Below the pieces are notes generated by a model. It ran no database searches. It was not told the DNA's origin and worked only from the letters and a program-made list of their open reading frames with translations. Both the position numbers and the translations under genes were made by a program. Source: an uncultured Methanosarcinales archaeon (GTDB lineage Archaea; Nanobdellota; Nanobdellia; Woesearchaeales; JAGVZT01). Taken from it: a stretch of 46,213 bases of DNA. Within the stretch, counting starts at the first letter, position 1; each line of letters begins with the position of its first letter. The DNA is taken from NCBI GenBank assembly GCA_964419615.1, contig CAYQPU010000009.1:1-46213 (forward strand), given 5' to 3'. Positions 45,830 to 46,213 of this stretch are shown piece after piece.

Positions 45830-46213
45830 GACAAAGTGGCTTGTTTTATTTCTGATTTTATTAATACCTCTGCAAGCTGTTCCAAGTATGATGCAACATT
45901 CTATTCATGGTGATGAAGCCCATCATATTATTTCGGGTTATACTAAGCTTAAAACATTTGATTATAGAATGCTTCCTGAACATGGACCCTTGCCTGCTAT
46001 GATTAGTGCATTTCCACTGCTGTTTATGGATTTGAATTTTCCTTTTGATCATCAGAGTTGGCAGATTAAGGATATGAATACATTGACTTATTTATTTTTG
46101 TTTGAGAGCGGGAATGATCCTTACCAAATTGTGTTTTGGTCGAGAATTCCTATGATTTTATTATCTATGTTACTAGGTTTTTATGTGTACAAATGGGCAA
46201 AAGAGCTTTATGG
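45798..46213 (+). CDS. ArnT/PMT-like (GT-C) glycosyltransferase, 5' part only
   Basis: Not in ORF track; frame from TTG 45798: KIITRKK..WLVLFLILLIPLQAVPSMMQHSIHGDEAHHIISGY..DYRMLPEHGPL..SRIPMILLSMLLGFYVYKWAKELY, open to the window end; start codon uncertain. Confidence 0.85.
   Translation, partial: MKIITRKKDTRTKWLVLFLILLIPLQAVPSMMQHSIHGDEAHHIISGYTKLKTFDYRMLPEHGPLPAMISAFPLLFMDLNFPFDHQSWQIKDMNTLTYLFLFESGNDPYQIVFWSRIPMILLSMLLGFYVYKWAKELY

Noticed and set aside
45861-46052. 63-aa minus ORF in the track
   Set aside because: Antisense to a clear GT-C gene running off the right edge

Overview
AT-rich archaeal DNA, most likely from a DPANN lineage such as Woesearchaeota/Pacearchaeota. This placement is an inference from AglB, archaeal TATA/SD signals and the protein styles. 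The window has three zones. (1) 1-14.3 kb and 20.4-24 kb: secreted, acidic, Cys-rich surface proteins. A conserved unnamed ~320-aa domain occurs three times: as two stand-alone secreted proteins and as the C-terminus of a 1924-aa Cys-rich giant. The giant's N-terminal head is re-used by a 923-aa protein with a different C-terminus. This looks like an undescribed filament/S-layer subunit plus tip-adhesin system (hypothesis). (2) 9.7-11.3 kb and 14.8-18.9 kb: a dense toxin-antitoxin island. It holds two convergent pairs, one cassette flanked by ~106-bp direct repeats that duplicate a gene 3' end, an internally deleted MazF and a truncated RelE. (3) 24-46 kb: an N-glycosylation/envelope locus with aglB, GT2/GT4/ArnT-like transferases, a flippase, hddA-gmhA-hddC, a geranylgeranyl reductase and two B12-binding radical SAM enzymes. 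It also contains a circularly permuted Cof-type HAD phosphatase and a 154-nt GC-enriched inverted-repeat element. No tRNA, rRNA, CRISPR array, integrase, transposase or reverse transcriptase was recognised. Several start codons were refined from the ORF track using SD motifs. Three ORFs missing from the track were added (1-1604, 16880-17056, 45798-46213), plus a 33-codon RelE remnant and a 15-codon upstream ORF. All family calls come from motif recognition by eye, not database searches.
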